In this document: piece by piece, positions 51,488-62,115 of the stretch
Numbering within the stretch: the stretch's first letter is position 1
Layout: the number at the start of each line of letters is the position of its first letter
Assembly (NCBI RefSeq): GCF_004010195.1
Contig: NC_057752.1
Span: 5,385,223-5,449,222, forward strand
Source of the DNA: Chiloscyllium plagiosum
Taxonomy: Eukaryota
Length of the DNA stretch: 64,000 bases
Direction of reading: 5' to 3'
Position numbers and translations under genes: made by a program
The notes under the pieces: model-generated
What the model was told of the DNA's origin: nothing
Databases searched by the model: none
Seen by the model: only the letters and a program-made list of their open reading frames with translations

Positions 51488-52600
51488 ATTTTATTCACTC
51501 ATGGGATGTGATTGATTCTGTCTGGGCCAGCATTTATTACCCTTGAGACAGTGGTTATGAGCAACTTTCTTGAGCCACTGCAAATCATTTGGTGTCAGTA
51601 CACCCACAGTGCTCTTAGGGAGGGAGTTCCAGGATTTTGACCCAGCAACACTGAAGAAATGGTTATATATTTCCAAATCAGGATGATGAGCATTTTGGAT
51701 GGTAACTTGCAGGGGGTGGTGTTCCCATGTATTTGCTGCCCTGTTGTGACACTTAATGGTCGTGGTTTTGAAAGGAAAACAAAATCAGAAATTACTGGGA
51801 AAAACTCAGCAGATCTGGCAGCATTTGTGCAGAGAAATCAGAGTTAATTTTTCAGGTCCAATGACCCTTCATCATTTGTTTCTGATTTTTGGTATCCGCA
51901 GTTTCTTTTTTTGTTGTTGTGTGGGTTTGGAAGGAGTTGTTTTGAATTTTTGCAGTACATCTTAAGGTACAATGTTTCTGTTGAGTGTCGGTGGTGGAGA
52001 GAGTGAACCTTGTTGAATGTGGTGCAAATTAAGTGGATGCTTGCGTGTTGGAACTGCACTTGTCTCAGCAAGTGGGGAGTATTCCATCACTTTACTGACT
52101 TGTGCCTTTCAGATGGTGGGCAGGCTCCGTCAGTCTTGAGGCCACTTACCAACCCATACCTGGATATTGTCCAAGTTTTGCTTCATTTGCATGTGGACTG
52201 TTTCAGTACCTGAGGAGACCTGTATGGTTCTGAAGATTGTACAGTCATGAGCTAGCATCCCCAGTCCTGACCTTAAGATGGAAGGAAGGTCATTGAAGCA
52301 GTTGAAGAAGGTTGAGCCTCAGACACTATCCTGACGAACTCCTGCAGCAATGTCCTGGAGCTGAGGTGACTGATCTACAACAACTATGGCCATCTTCTTG
52401 TGTGCCAGTTATAACTCCAACCATTGAAGAACTTTTCCCTTGGCTTGTGTGCTGTGTGGTAATCACCAGGAGATCTCCATGCCTATGTTTGACCTGATAC
52501 CATGAGACTTCATGGGGCCCAGGATTCATGTTTAGGACTCAGAGCACCTCCCTCCTAACTCTATACCACTGTGCCTCCACATCTACTGCGTTGTCATGAC
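51488..52600 (-). mobile_element. Decayed CR1-group LINE fragments with a Penelope-type remnant at ~51775-51905
   Basis: FFSVAGSKSWNSLP (51491..51676 -); IAAGV.Q.SV-like motif on - near 52322-52352. Confidence 0.6.
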
Positions 52601-53525
52601 TGTCCAGTTTCATTCTTTTTAAACTCTGTTGTGGGCTCTGCAACTGTGTGCTTTGCTTGGTAACTTCAGCAGGCAGTTAAGAGTCAACCACGTTTCTGTG
52701 GGCCTGGAGTCACGTGGAGGCCAGGCAAAGGTGACCACCTTAAAAGACATTAATGAGCCAGATGAGTTTTTCCATCGATCAACAATGGTTTCATGGTCAT
52801 CACTAGACATTTAATTTCAGGATTTTAAAATTTCAAATTCCTAAATCCTCCAGAACCTGGGCCTCTGAATTATTAGGCTAGTAATAAAACTGAGGCTATC
52901 GCCACCCCTCAAATTATTATCTCTGCAAAATAGCATTTGTAATTGCAGACCTTTTTAGTCACTGTATAGATAAGTGAGAGTTCTCTTTTCCATTGTTTTG
53001 TGCAATCATGCACACTTAAAAGGATGTCTTATTTATGTATGACTTACATGAAGGCTTTCAGTTTGCAGTGCGCTAGTGCACGGAGCAAACATTGAATGGG
53101 GTATCATGATAAATGGTATTGCTTGAGTTGAATTGCCTTCAAGTTGGCTAACTGCAAAAGGAAGATTAGAATCCAGTTGATCCACTTCGGTAGACTTCGT
53201 AATTTATTACCTGTGACATGCAGGTCTAGAGTATTCCAGACTATTATGAGTGATTACCCAGCCAGTTTGGTTTATTAATGGGAATTGGAGAATTGACCTG
53301 TCGTGGGAGGTTATGCTTTGCTCTCAATATCTCTGCAAACTACCCACCTAATGGCTTGGAGGATTCTACATTGACATGCAGCAAGGACCTTACCAGTATG
53401 CTCTGCTGGTAGGTTGAAAGATTTTGACTGATTGGGGTCCAAATATGCTCCTGCTTAGATTTGGAAATTCCTAAGACTTGACTGTTGTCAATGTGGGTAC
53501 AAGCAGTTTGGACTGAGTTGTGCAG

Positions 53526-55330
53526 CACAGAAACCAACCCTTCGGTCCAACTTGGCCATGCAACCAGATATCCTAAATTAATCTTGTCTCATTTGCCAGC
53601 ATTTGGCCCATATCCCTCTAAACCCTTCCTATTCATGTACCCATCCAGATGCCTTTTAAATGTTGTAATTGTAACAGCCTCCACCACTTCCTCTGGCAAC
53701 TTATTCATGATGCACATCATCCTCTGTGTGAAAATGTTGCCCCTCAGGTCCTTTTAAATCTTTGTGTCAACTTACACCAATGTCCTCTAAGTTTGGACTC
53801 TCCTATCCTGGGAAAAATACCTTGTCTATTTTCCCTATCCATGCCTGTCATGATTTTATAAATCTCTAATAAGGTCACCCCCTTCAGCTTATGACACTCC
53901 AGGGAAAACAGCCCTAGCCTATTCAACCTCTCCCTGTAGCTCAAGCCCTCCACCCCTGTCAACATCCTTGTAAATCTTTTCTGAACCCTTTCAAATTTCA
54001 CAACATCCTTCAGGAGGGAGACCAGATTCGCACAATATACTACAAACGTGGCCTAACCAATGTCCTGTTCAGCCACAAGTGAAGTTCCAACTCCTAATCT
54101 CAATACCCTGACTAATAAAGGGAAGTGTACCAAATATTGCCTTCACTACTCTATCTACCTGTGACACCACTTTCAAGGAACTATGAACCTGTACCCCAAG
54201 GTCTCTTTGTTCAGCAACACTCCCTAGGGCCTTACCATTAAGTGTATACTTTCTGCCCTGATTTACCTTTCCAAAATGCATCTCCCATTTGTCTAAATTA
54301 AACTCCACCTGCCACTCCATGGCCCAATGGCCCATCTGATGAAGGTCCCATTGTTCTCTGACGTAACTTTCTTCGCTGTCCACTACACCTCCAATTTTGG
54401 TGTCATCTCCAAGTTTACTAGCCATACTTCTATATTGACATCCAAATCGTGTACATAAATTAGAAAAAGCAGTGGACCCAGCACTGATCCTTGTGGCACA
54501 CCACTGGTCACAGGCTTCCAGTCATCCTCTGTCTCTTACCTTCAAGCCAATTTTGTATCCAAATGGCTAGGTCTCCCTGATTTCCATGTGATCTAACCTT
54601 GCTAACCATGTGGAACCTTGTTGTTCGCCTTGCTGAAGCCTATGTAGGCAACATCCACTGCTCTAATTTCTTCAGTCTTTGTCACTTTAAAAAAACTCAA
54701 GTTAGTGAGACACTATTTTGCGCGCACACAGCCATACTGATTACCCTAATCAGGCCTTTCCTTTCCAAATGCATGTGAATCATGTTTCTCAGAATCTCCT
54801 CCAACAACTTGTCCACCAATGATGTCAGATTCACCAGTCTGTAGTTCCCTGACTTTTCTTTTATAATAGCACACGCCAGCCAATCCCCAGTCTTCCGGCA
54901 CCTCACCTGCGGATGGAGATGGTCCAAATATCTCAGCAAAGAGCCCAGCAATTACTTCCCTAGTTTCTCAGAGTTCTCTGGTACATCTGATCAGATCCTG
55001 GGGATTTATCCACCTTTGAGTTTTAAGACATCCAGCACCACTTCTAATATGGAGGATTTTCAAGACATCACTATGCATTTCTCCAAGTTCTCTAGCTTTT
55101 ATATCCTTCTCCACAGTAAATATTGATGTGAAATACTTATTTAGTATCTCACCCATCTGCAGTTCCATACACAGGCTGCCCTTTTGATCTTCAAGGAGCC
55201 CTATTCTCTCCCTAGTCACTCTTTTGTCCTTAATATATTTGTGGAATCACTTTGGATTTTTCTTAACCCTATTTGCCAAAGCTATCTCATGTGCCCTTTT
55301 TTCCCTCCTGATTTCCCTTGAGTATATTAC
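53526..55330 (-). mobile_element. CR1 LINE, decayed, antisense
   Basis: [57 protein letters not shown]...LSYRERLNRLGLFSLE. Confidence 0.92.
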
Positions 55331-56658
55331 TACTGCTGTTGTATTCCTCTAGTTGACCATGCAGTATTAATAGAAACACAATCTTTTGCTGTCTGTTTAC
55401 TCTGACTTGTTTTGCAGACTATGCAAACGCAGTGCTGGGTACGCCAGTAAAATAGGGAGATTAATGTGTCAAATCTGCAGAAATTACTCCTATTTAAAAA
55501 AAACAATATTTCTCATTACTCAGAACAACATGCTAAAATAGGAAAACCTAATCAAAAATGGCGATAAGGGTCTTTCATTTATCAGTCCAGAGATCATTGG
55601 CATAATGATCTCTGGACTGCAATAATTTGCAATAATGAGCAAAAAACTTAATTTACATAAAATAACGATATTCTGCATTGGCTCTCCTATATTTGTATGA
55701 TATGTTCTCTGATTCCACTATTATCACTTTTTTTTCCTTTGAGACACATACAAATGCTTGTTGGCAAAGGCTGGTTTGAGGGTGTATCTCGCATATTCTG
55801 GAGGCAGTATACTAGGGAATTGGACCATGCAGTATTACCAGTTTAACTATTTAAATAAGCCATTCAATGAGTTGCCATAAAAAGGCAGACAGTCCCTCCT
55901 CGGCCTCTTGATCTACTGGCAACTAGAAATATTGATTTTAAGACATGGAAGATGACATCATTTGGATATTTTGGGCCAGACCATCATAAAAACAGTGGTA
56001 TTCACTAAGTTGTCTAATGATGGTGTGTACTAGCTCCAGGCAACTTGACCCAGCATTGGAAGCTTTCCTCTGGATCTCATGTCAATCTTACCATGAATTC
56101 TTCTTGGCTGTATTCTTATGGAGTATATCTGAAGGAGGAGCAAGAACAAGCCATTCAGCCCCTCAAACCTGTTCTGCAAATCAATGGGTGATCAGATTGC
56201 TTCACATTCTTGCCTGTCCTCATTAATCTTTCATTCCCTTATTTATCAAGAATCCACCCACCTCTACCAAAGGTACTCAAATTTCTGAGGGAAGAAGTAG
56301 TTCTCAACTATCCTAAACCGATGACCCCTTAATTTAAAGCAGTGCTTCTCTTCTCCCCCCCCCCCCCCCCCCCCCCCCACCTCAGTTCTAGGTCTTCCCA
56401 CAAAAGGAACCATCCTTTTCATAATCACCCTGTCAAGACTTCTCATGATCTTGTATGCTTCAGTCAAGATACATTGTATTCTCCTAAACTCCAGATACAA
56501 GCCTAGTCTGTCAAACTTTTCCTCCTAAAGCAACCTGCCTCTTCCAGATATTAGTCTAGTAAACAGTCTCTGACTTGCTTCCAATGCATTGCATTCTATC
56601 TTACACCAGGTGACCAATAATGTCTCACCACCCTGTTTAACTGAAACATAATGTCCAT

Positions 56659-56924
56659 TATGTTTCCTGAGCCTGAAGGCTCACTGATGATGTTACCTAG
56701 TATGGTGGTGAAACATCTGAAAACGAACCTTGCAGCTCAGCGAGCAAACCTACATCTAGAACTTCAACCTGAGCTACAAATCTTCTCAAAACTCGCTAAC
56801 ACCTATGAGTACAATACGCTAAAACTGGCCCAAAAGTGGGAAAGGCTCACCGAAGACGTTACCTAGTATGGTGATGACACGTCAGAAAATGAACCTTGCA
56901 GCTCAGTGAGCAAACCTACATCCA
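56659..56924 (+). mobile_element. Small non-autonomous Penelope/retrozyme-like insert with two hammerhead-containing direct repeats
   Basis: 15-bp TSD AAACATAATGTCCAT at 56644-56658 and 56925-56939; ~81-bp direct repeats starting at 56676 and 56842. Confidence 0.75.
56681..56720 (+). ncRNA. Minimal type I hammerhead ribozyme motif (stem III mutated)
   Basis: TCA-CTGATGA-TGTTACC-TAGTAT-GGTGGT-GAAAC-ATC-TGA: intact CUGANGA, GAAA and UH core, 3-bp stem I (TCA/TGA), hairpin stem II. Confidence 0.6.
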
Positions 56925-58750
56925 AAACATAATGTCCATACTTTGGTATTCAACTCCCCTCACTGCAAATTATAACATGCTGTTAGCTTTCATAATTACT
57001 TGTACCTGCAGGCTGACCATTTGAGATTCATGCACTTGGAAACCCAGGACCCTGTGCATTCACAGAATTCTGGAATCTCACCATTTAGATAATATGCTTT
57101 TTATTCTTCCTGCCAAAATGGACATTTTCCCATTTTCCTTTATGGTACTGTATTTGCTAGATCTTTTCCCATTCACTTAGCTGCATCCCTTTGTAGTCTT
57201 GTGCTTTTCTACTTATCTTTGTCATCAGCAAATTTAGCAACCATGCCTTCCACCTTTTCTTCCATCATTTATGCAAGTTGTAAGGAGTTGAGACCCCCAC
57301 ACTGATCCCTGTACCATATGATTTGTTGCACCTTACCAACCAGAAAATTACTCACTTAATATCTTCTGTTAGCTTGCCAATCTTCTCTTCATGCCGACAT
57401 GGTAACCCCTACACCAAGAGCCTTTTTCTCTACAATAATCTTTGACATGCTTTTGAGAAATCCAAGCATAATACATCAACCAATTTCTCCTATTTCCACA
57501 GCATTTGGTACTTCCTCAACAACTGCAAAAATTTGGTTCAACGTGATTTCCATTTCACAAAACTATATTGACTATACCTGATTACCTCAAACTTGTCCAA
57601 GTGTTCCTGCTATAACATCTTTAATTATACTTTCTCACATTTTCCCTGTGCGAGATGTTAAGATAATAGGCCTATAGTTTTTGCTTTCTGTCTCCCTTTG
57701 TGAATAAAGGAGTTAAATTGCTAATTTTTTAATCTAATGGAACCTTCCTTGAATCTAGGGAATCTTGGAAAATGGGGACCGAGGCATCTACTCGCTCTTG
57801 GGGCCCGTTTTGTAGGATCATAACAGATTTGGCCTTGAAAGCAAATTTATCGACATGGATCTAATTCAATTAGGAGGACATACAGCTATGCCCGTTGGAC
57901 TAAATCTAACTTTGTAGCTGTCCACAATCTCTTGAGATAAGACACAGCATTTTTATGTCCACTGCACCTGATTGAGGACAAAATGTGGGCTGCTGTGCCA
58001 CGGAGAGGTGGTAATCTGCCCTGTCTCAACAGCAAAATTTATGACTGATTTATTGCTCCACAGACTGGCACATCCCATTTGATGACATTTCCACTAATTA
58101 TAGTAACTGCAGTACACATTACAGTCATGACTTTTGAGTTGCTCGTAGAAGATGTACTGGAATATGTATAATAGCAAAAGTTGACAGCATGGGTGCTATT
58201 CCAGGATAGCTTCTAACTTGTAAGCAATGTCAGAATTGCCAACGGTGCTATGAGCTAGTCTCTTTTGAAAAAGAAAGATGAGGGCAGAGTATATTGGTGG
58301 ATAAGCACTACTGCTGTTAGGCGGTAGTGTGGGGAGAAGAAAAAAAGAAAAAAAAAGTACATTGGTGGAAGGCATTTTGCAGGAGGGGACGTGTTCAAAT
58401 TGTAAGAGTGAAGTGACCTGGCAGACCATTAGAGGCCTGGACCAATATTTTGTGTGATTAGCTCGAACTGTGGTTGGTATAAACTAAAAGGAAAAGCTTG
58501 GGAGTAATCTGCCTTTGCAAGGGAAATCAAACCTAAGCTGAAGAGAAGGTAGAAGAGTTTTTTTAAAAAAAGAGACCGGTTGAAACAGCAGGATTTGAGC
58601 AAAAGAATTTAGGACATGGAAAGGAGGTAAAATTGCAGATTCAAGGAATTCATTTTTCTAAATGTGATATGACTCCAGTTTGTCCTGGTTTTAGGTCATG
58701 AAATAGATCAAGTTAGTTTAAGTGTAGGCAGGTTTTAGAAAATGTGGTAA

Positions 58751-58878
58751 ATTCCTGATGAAGGGCTTATGCCCGAAATGGCTCTCCTGCTCCTTGGATG
58801 CTGTTTGACCAGCTGTGCTTTTCCAGTACTGCACTTCTGGACTCTGATCTCCAGCATCTGCAGTCCTCACTTTCTCCT
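58751..58878 (+). mobile_element. Solo Penelope-type terminal remnant with a partial hammerhead core
   Basis: CTGATGA-AGGGCTTATGCCC-GAAA at 58755-58778, then CTCCTGCTCCTTGGATGCTG, shared with the 2222-2632 element; the cleavage triplet is lost. Confidence 0.75.
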
Positions 58879-59546
58879 ATGTTTAGAAAACAATAACTGC
58901 AATATTACTTAATGTAAGAAAAACCAAGGAAAGATATTCTTGACTGGAAAATAGCAAATTATAATATGATGAATATGTAAATTTATCCGTGATCAAGTGG
59001 AAGGGAAAGAAACCTGGATTACCAGTGAGGATTTTTTTGAAGTGAGTATTTGGAAAAGCACACACTAAGAACATGAATGTAGAACGCTACAGGTGCTGTA
59101 TGTTTGAAATAAAAAGAAATACGGGAAATAATCAGGTCAGACAGTGTCTGTGGAGACGAATGCTTCAGATTGGTGGTAAGAAAACAAGGGAGGCTTCTGA
59201 TTCCGTTGGCATTTCGTCCAAAAGTCAATTTTATCACATGTTACTAAGCACATGGGGGGAAAAAAAGAGTTAACTTGGGCCAGTCAGCATAGATTTCTAA
59301 AATGCAACTTAGCCTTGACAGAAATAAAAATTAAAAAAAGTTGAAAAAGCTCAAGTCTGGTAGCATCTGTAGAGAAACAGTTAACATTTCAGGCTGGATG
59401 TTCTTTCAGCAAATGCTACCAGGCTAGTTTAGTTTTTCCAGGACAATTCTTATTTCCCATCCCCAGCATCTACAATACTTTTTATAGTATTCTCTGAATA
59501 CGTCTAAGGATAAAGAAAATTGTGGTTTCGTGGCATTCAAAAACAT

Positions 59547-59751
59547 GCTCGTGCTGCTCCTTCGCTCGCGCACGCGCTCGCTGTTACTCGGGCGGGCACG
59601 CTCTCTCTCTCCCCCGCCCCCCGGCGCGGGCTCGCTGTCGCCCTCTCGACCTCGCCCCTCATCGTGTCTCGCTGTCGCTCGCGCGCGCCCTTGCCTCCGC
59701 GCGCTCTCGCTCTCCGCACCGCCTACTCGCGCACGCTCGCCCCCGCGCGCA
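59547..59751. repeat. C-rich, CpG-dense low-complexity island (CTCG/CGCG/CT-like)
   Basis: About 38 CpG by hand count in ~205 bp, very few A, sharp edges against AT-rich intron. Confidence 0.85.
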
Positions 59752-61654
59752 GTTTTAGGCTTCCCGTATGAAGAGTATATAGAAGCAATAAGAGAGAGTG
59801 CAGTATAAATTTACTGGCTTGATTTTAAGTTTCTTACATGAAAAGTAGCACTCGTGATATTGTCAGTTTAATTGGTGAACTGCAAGGCTAATTTTGGATC
59901 AGTTGTAATATGATTTTACATTAAGGCAGGATGGTATTTCTTCTGCAATCGCTTTCCACTTTTGTCTAATAGTTTTATTTGTTGCTATGAGTCAGAGCGA
60001 AATATCGTCTCCAATCATACATGTACTTGGGGTTGCAAGCAGATCTCATGCAATTTAGACTATTTTGACAGACACTACAGTCCATTAAGGCAATGTCTGG
60101 TGGTTGAGATGAACGATCCTACAAAGAGTAAGGAATCCTCTGATACCTTAGCAGCATTCCTCCCTTAATCAGCACCACTTAAAGCAGAATAACAATTTAT
60201 TTGTGTTGATTGGTGCAAAATAGTTCTGTCATTTCTCATAGACATTCTTAGTTTATTTTACTTGAAAATGTTTGGGAGGTTTGAGAGACTTGACAAAGCA
60301 CAGTGTAACTACAAGTTATTTTGCCAGAAAGAACACCATGTGGCTAGTTAAATGCCATTTTCTCCGGTTTATAGTTGCTTTCTGTTTATTTCTCAATTTT
60401 CAAATTATGCACATGCAAGGCTATTATTTGTAGCAAAAACAAGTTACTGGGGGCACTCAGCTGGTCTGGCAGCATCTGTGGGAAGAAAGCAGATAACATT
60501 TAAGGTCCAGTGATATTCAATGTTCAACTCCCTGGCGAGGCAGCACCTTTTGATAGACTGATGCTATACCACAGTTGGTATTCTGGCCCTTTTGCAGGGG
60601 CTACCCTTATCCTAAATCGCTTGCACTGTGGTAACCTTCTGGAGAGTGGATGAGTGCAATGAGGAAGATGGATTGTTTGTCTGATAGGGCCGCCTTTATT
60701 TTTTACGTGACTTCCAAGCCCTCAGGCAAAATTATATTTGGTGATGGGAGGGAAGTTAGTTTTTTAAAAAATTTGGCTTCATATTTAAATTAATTGAAGT
60801 TGTGCAAGCCCTAGTGTTTTATGGAATTAAGAGGTAGCCTGCAGCATCACCTATCTACAATATTATAACAGCATTTTCACATGATTGTTCAGAATGTCGT
60901 TTCCTCAGAACTTATCGAGGTAGGCTATGCTCCTATGAGCTGTGAAGGATGAGCATTTTTTAATGGTGATCTAACCAGGGAGGTAACATGTCTTGATCTT
61001 GACCACTATTTTCCCCTGTCTGTCTCTGTGCTATGGCTGGTTTCCTTTTTAAAAGACTCATTTTGCATGTAAACCTTAATAGCAGTATTTAATCTCCATT
61101 TTAGGGCAATTATATGTATTTTCATTTTTGACCAAAGTCCTTAACTTGGTAGGAAATTGACTGGTCACTACCATGTCATATGGATGTCTTGAAGCATCTT
61201 TAAACTTGATGTATTATACAGTTTGAAACAATTTTGACTACTAAAATTGGTTGATTTTTGTCAGAATTAATATCCAGAGTGAGAATTCTGTTGTTGAGCC
61301 TTTTTTTGAAAGGGTCTATTATCTTGAAAGGCTTTTCAACCATAAAAAACAACCAAATATACCAATTTCAAATCTGCTTTTCACCTGAGTAAGTTGAAAC
61401 TCCAGGCCAGAGTTCAACAATATTATACTTTCATGGTACTTGATTCTCCCCTCCACCCCCAGCCCTCTCCTCTTGTGGTAGGTATTCCTTTTGAGATCTT
61501 GCAAATTGTGCAAAACACCAAGTTTCACAACACAACATCTACAATTTTGTACCTGTTTTTAAGGATTGTTTCTCATTTGAAATGCTCAGTTTTGTAATCA
61601 GAGTTCTAAAATGCAGCATTTTGAACAGTTTTACCAGATTCTTTTTCTTTGTAG

Positions 61655-61778
61655 ATTTGGATAAATTTGCAGCTGATGATATCATGGACCCTATTGCCAA
61701 GGCAAAAATGGTGGCTTTGAAGGGAATTAAAAAAGTCATGGCACAAGGAAACATCACTGTAGCACCAGGGATGAATAG
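61655..61778 (+). CDS. KMT2D: KMT2D exon (~exon 35), 124 nt, phase 1->2
   Basis: ttgtag|ATTTGG ... ATAG|gtagat; (D)LDKFAADDIMDPIAKAKMVALKGIKKVMAQGNITVAPGMN(R). Confidence 0.96.
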
Positions 61779-62027
61779 GTAGATTTTACTGTCATTTGTT
61801 TTTATTGATTTCATGCAGAATGATTTGTATTTGTCAAAAAAAACCTTTGGCAAAAGTAATAAGGACAAATGAAAATATCCACGACCCAACATGGGAATTG
61901 AGTTGGTGAAAATCAGGTTTAAACTTGAAAACATTTTGCATTTTTAATTTTAAAATTTACAATTGTAGCAAATGAAAAGTCGCTTGATAGATGTTCATGA
62001 TTAATGTTTTTTAAAACGAATTTTTAG

Positions 62028-62115
62028 GCAGCAGGTTTCATTGTTGGCACAGAGGTTGGCTGGGGCTCCAGGAACAAACGAGACGCAGACAAAATTGACA
62101 CCTGGAAACAGTCAG
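62028..62115 (+). CDS. KMT2D: KMT2D exon (~exon 36), 88 nt, phase 2->0
   Basis: ttttag|GCAGCA ... TCAG|gtactt; QQVSLLAQRLAGAPG... Confidence 0.92.

Larger units (their letters stand above)
56121..57775 (-). mobile_element. Older antisense CR1 LINE containing a C24 run (56355-56378) and the tandem-hammerhead insert
   Basis: YLEFRR...LTEAYKIMRSLDRV; reverse complement of TTTGTCATCAGCAAATTTAGC gives AKFADDK. Confidence 0.8.
5672..62115 (+). other. KMT2D: Internal part of the KMT2D gene (14 coding exons; 5' and 3' ends outside the window)
   Basis: The spliced translation contains GDGLSYNQRSILRWEKDEALGELSTISPVLYANINFPNLKHDYPDWASRCKQITKIWRKVPATDKAPFLQKAKDNRAAQRINK, PHLDDLL..EEFDLLAYTDPELDTGDKKDIF and DPIAKAKMVALKGIKKVMAQG. 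These match KMT2D as I recall it, not the KMT2C version (ATVAPVLYTN/WTTRVKQIAK). Exon phases chain with no stops. Confidence 0.95.

Noticed and set aside
59520..59808. Overlapping Arg/Ala/Pro-rich ORFs
   Set aside because: By-product of stop-poor GC-rich low-complexity sequence.
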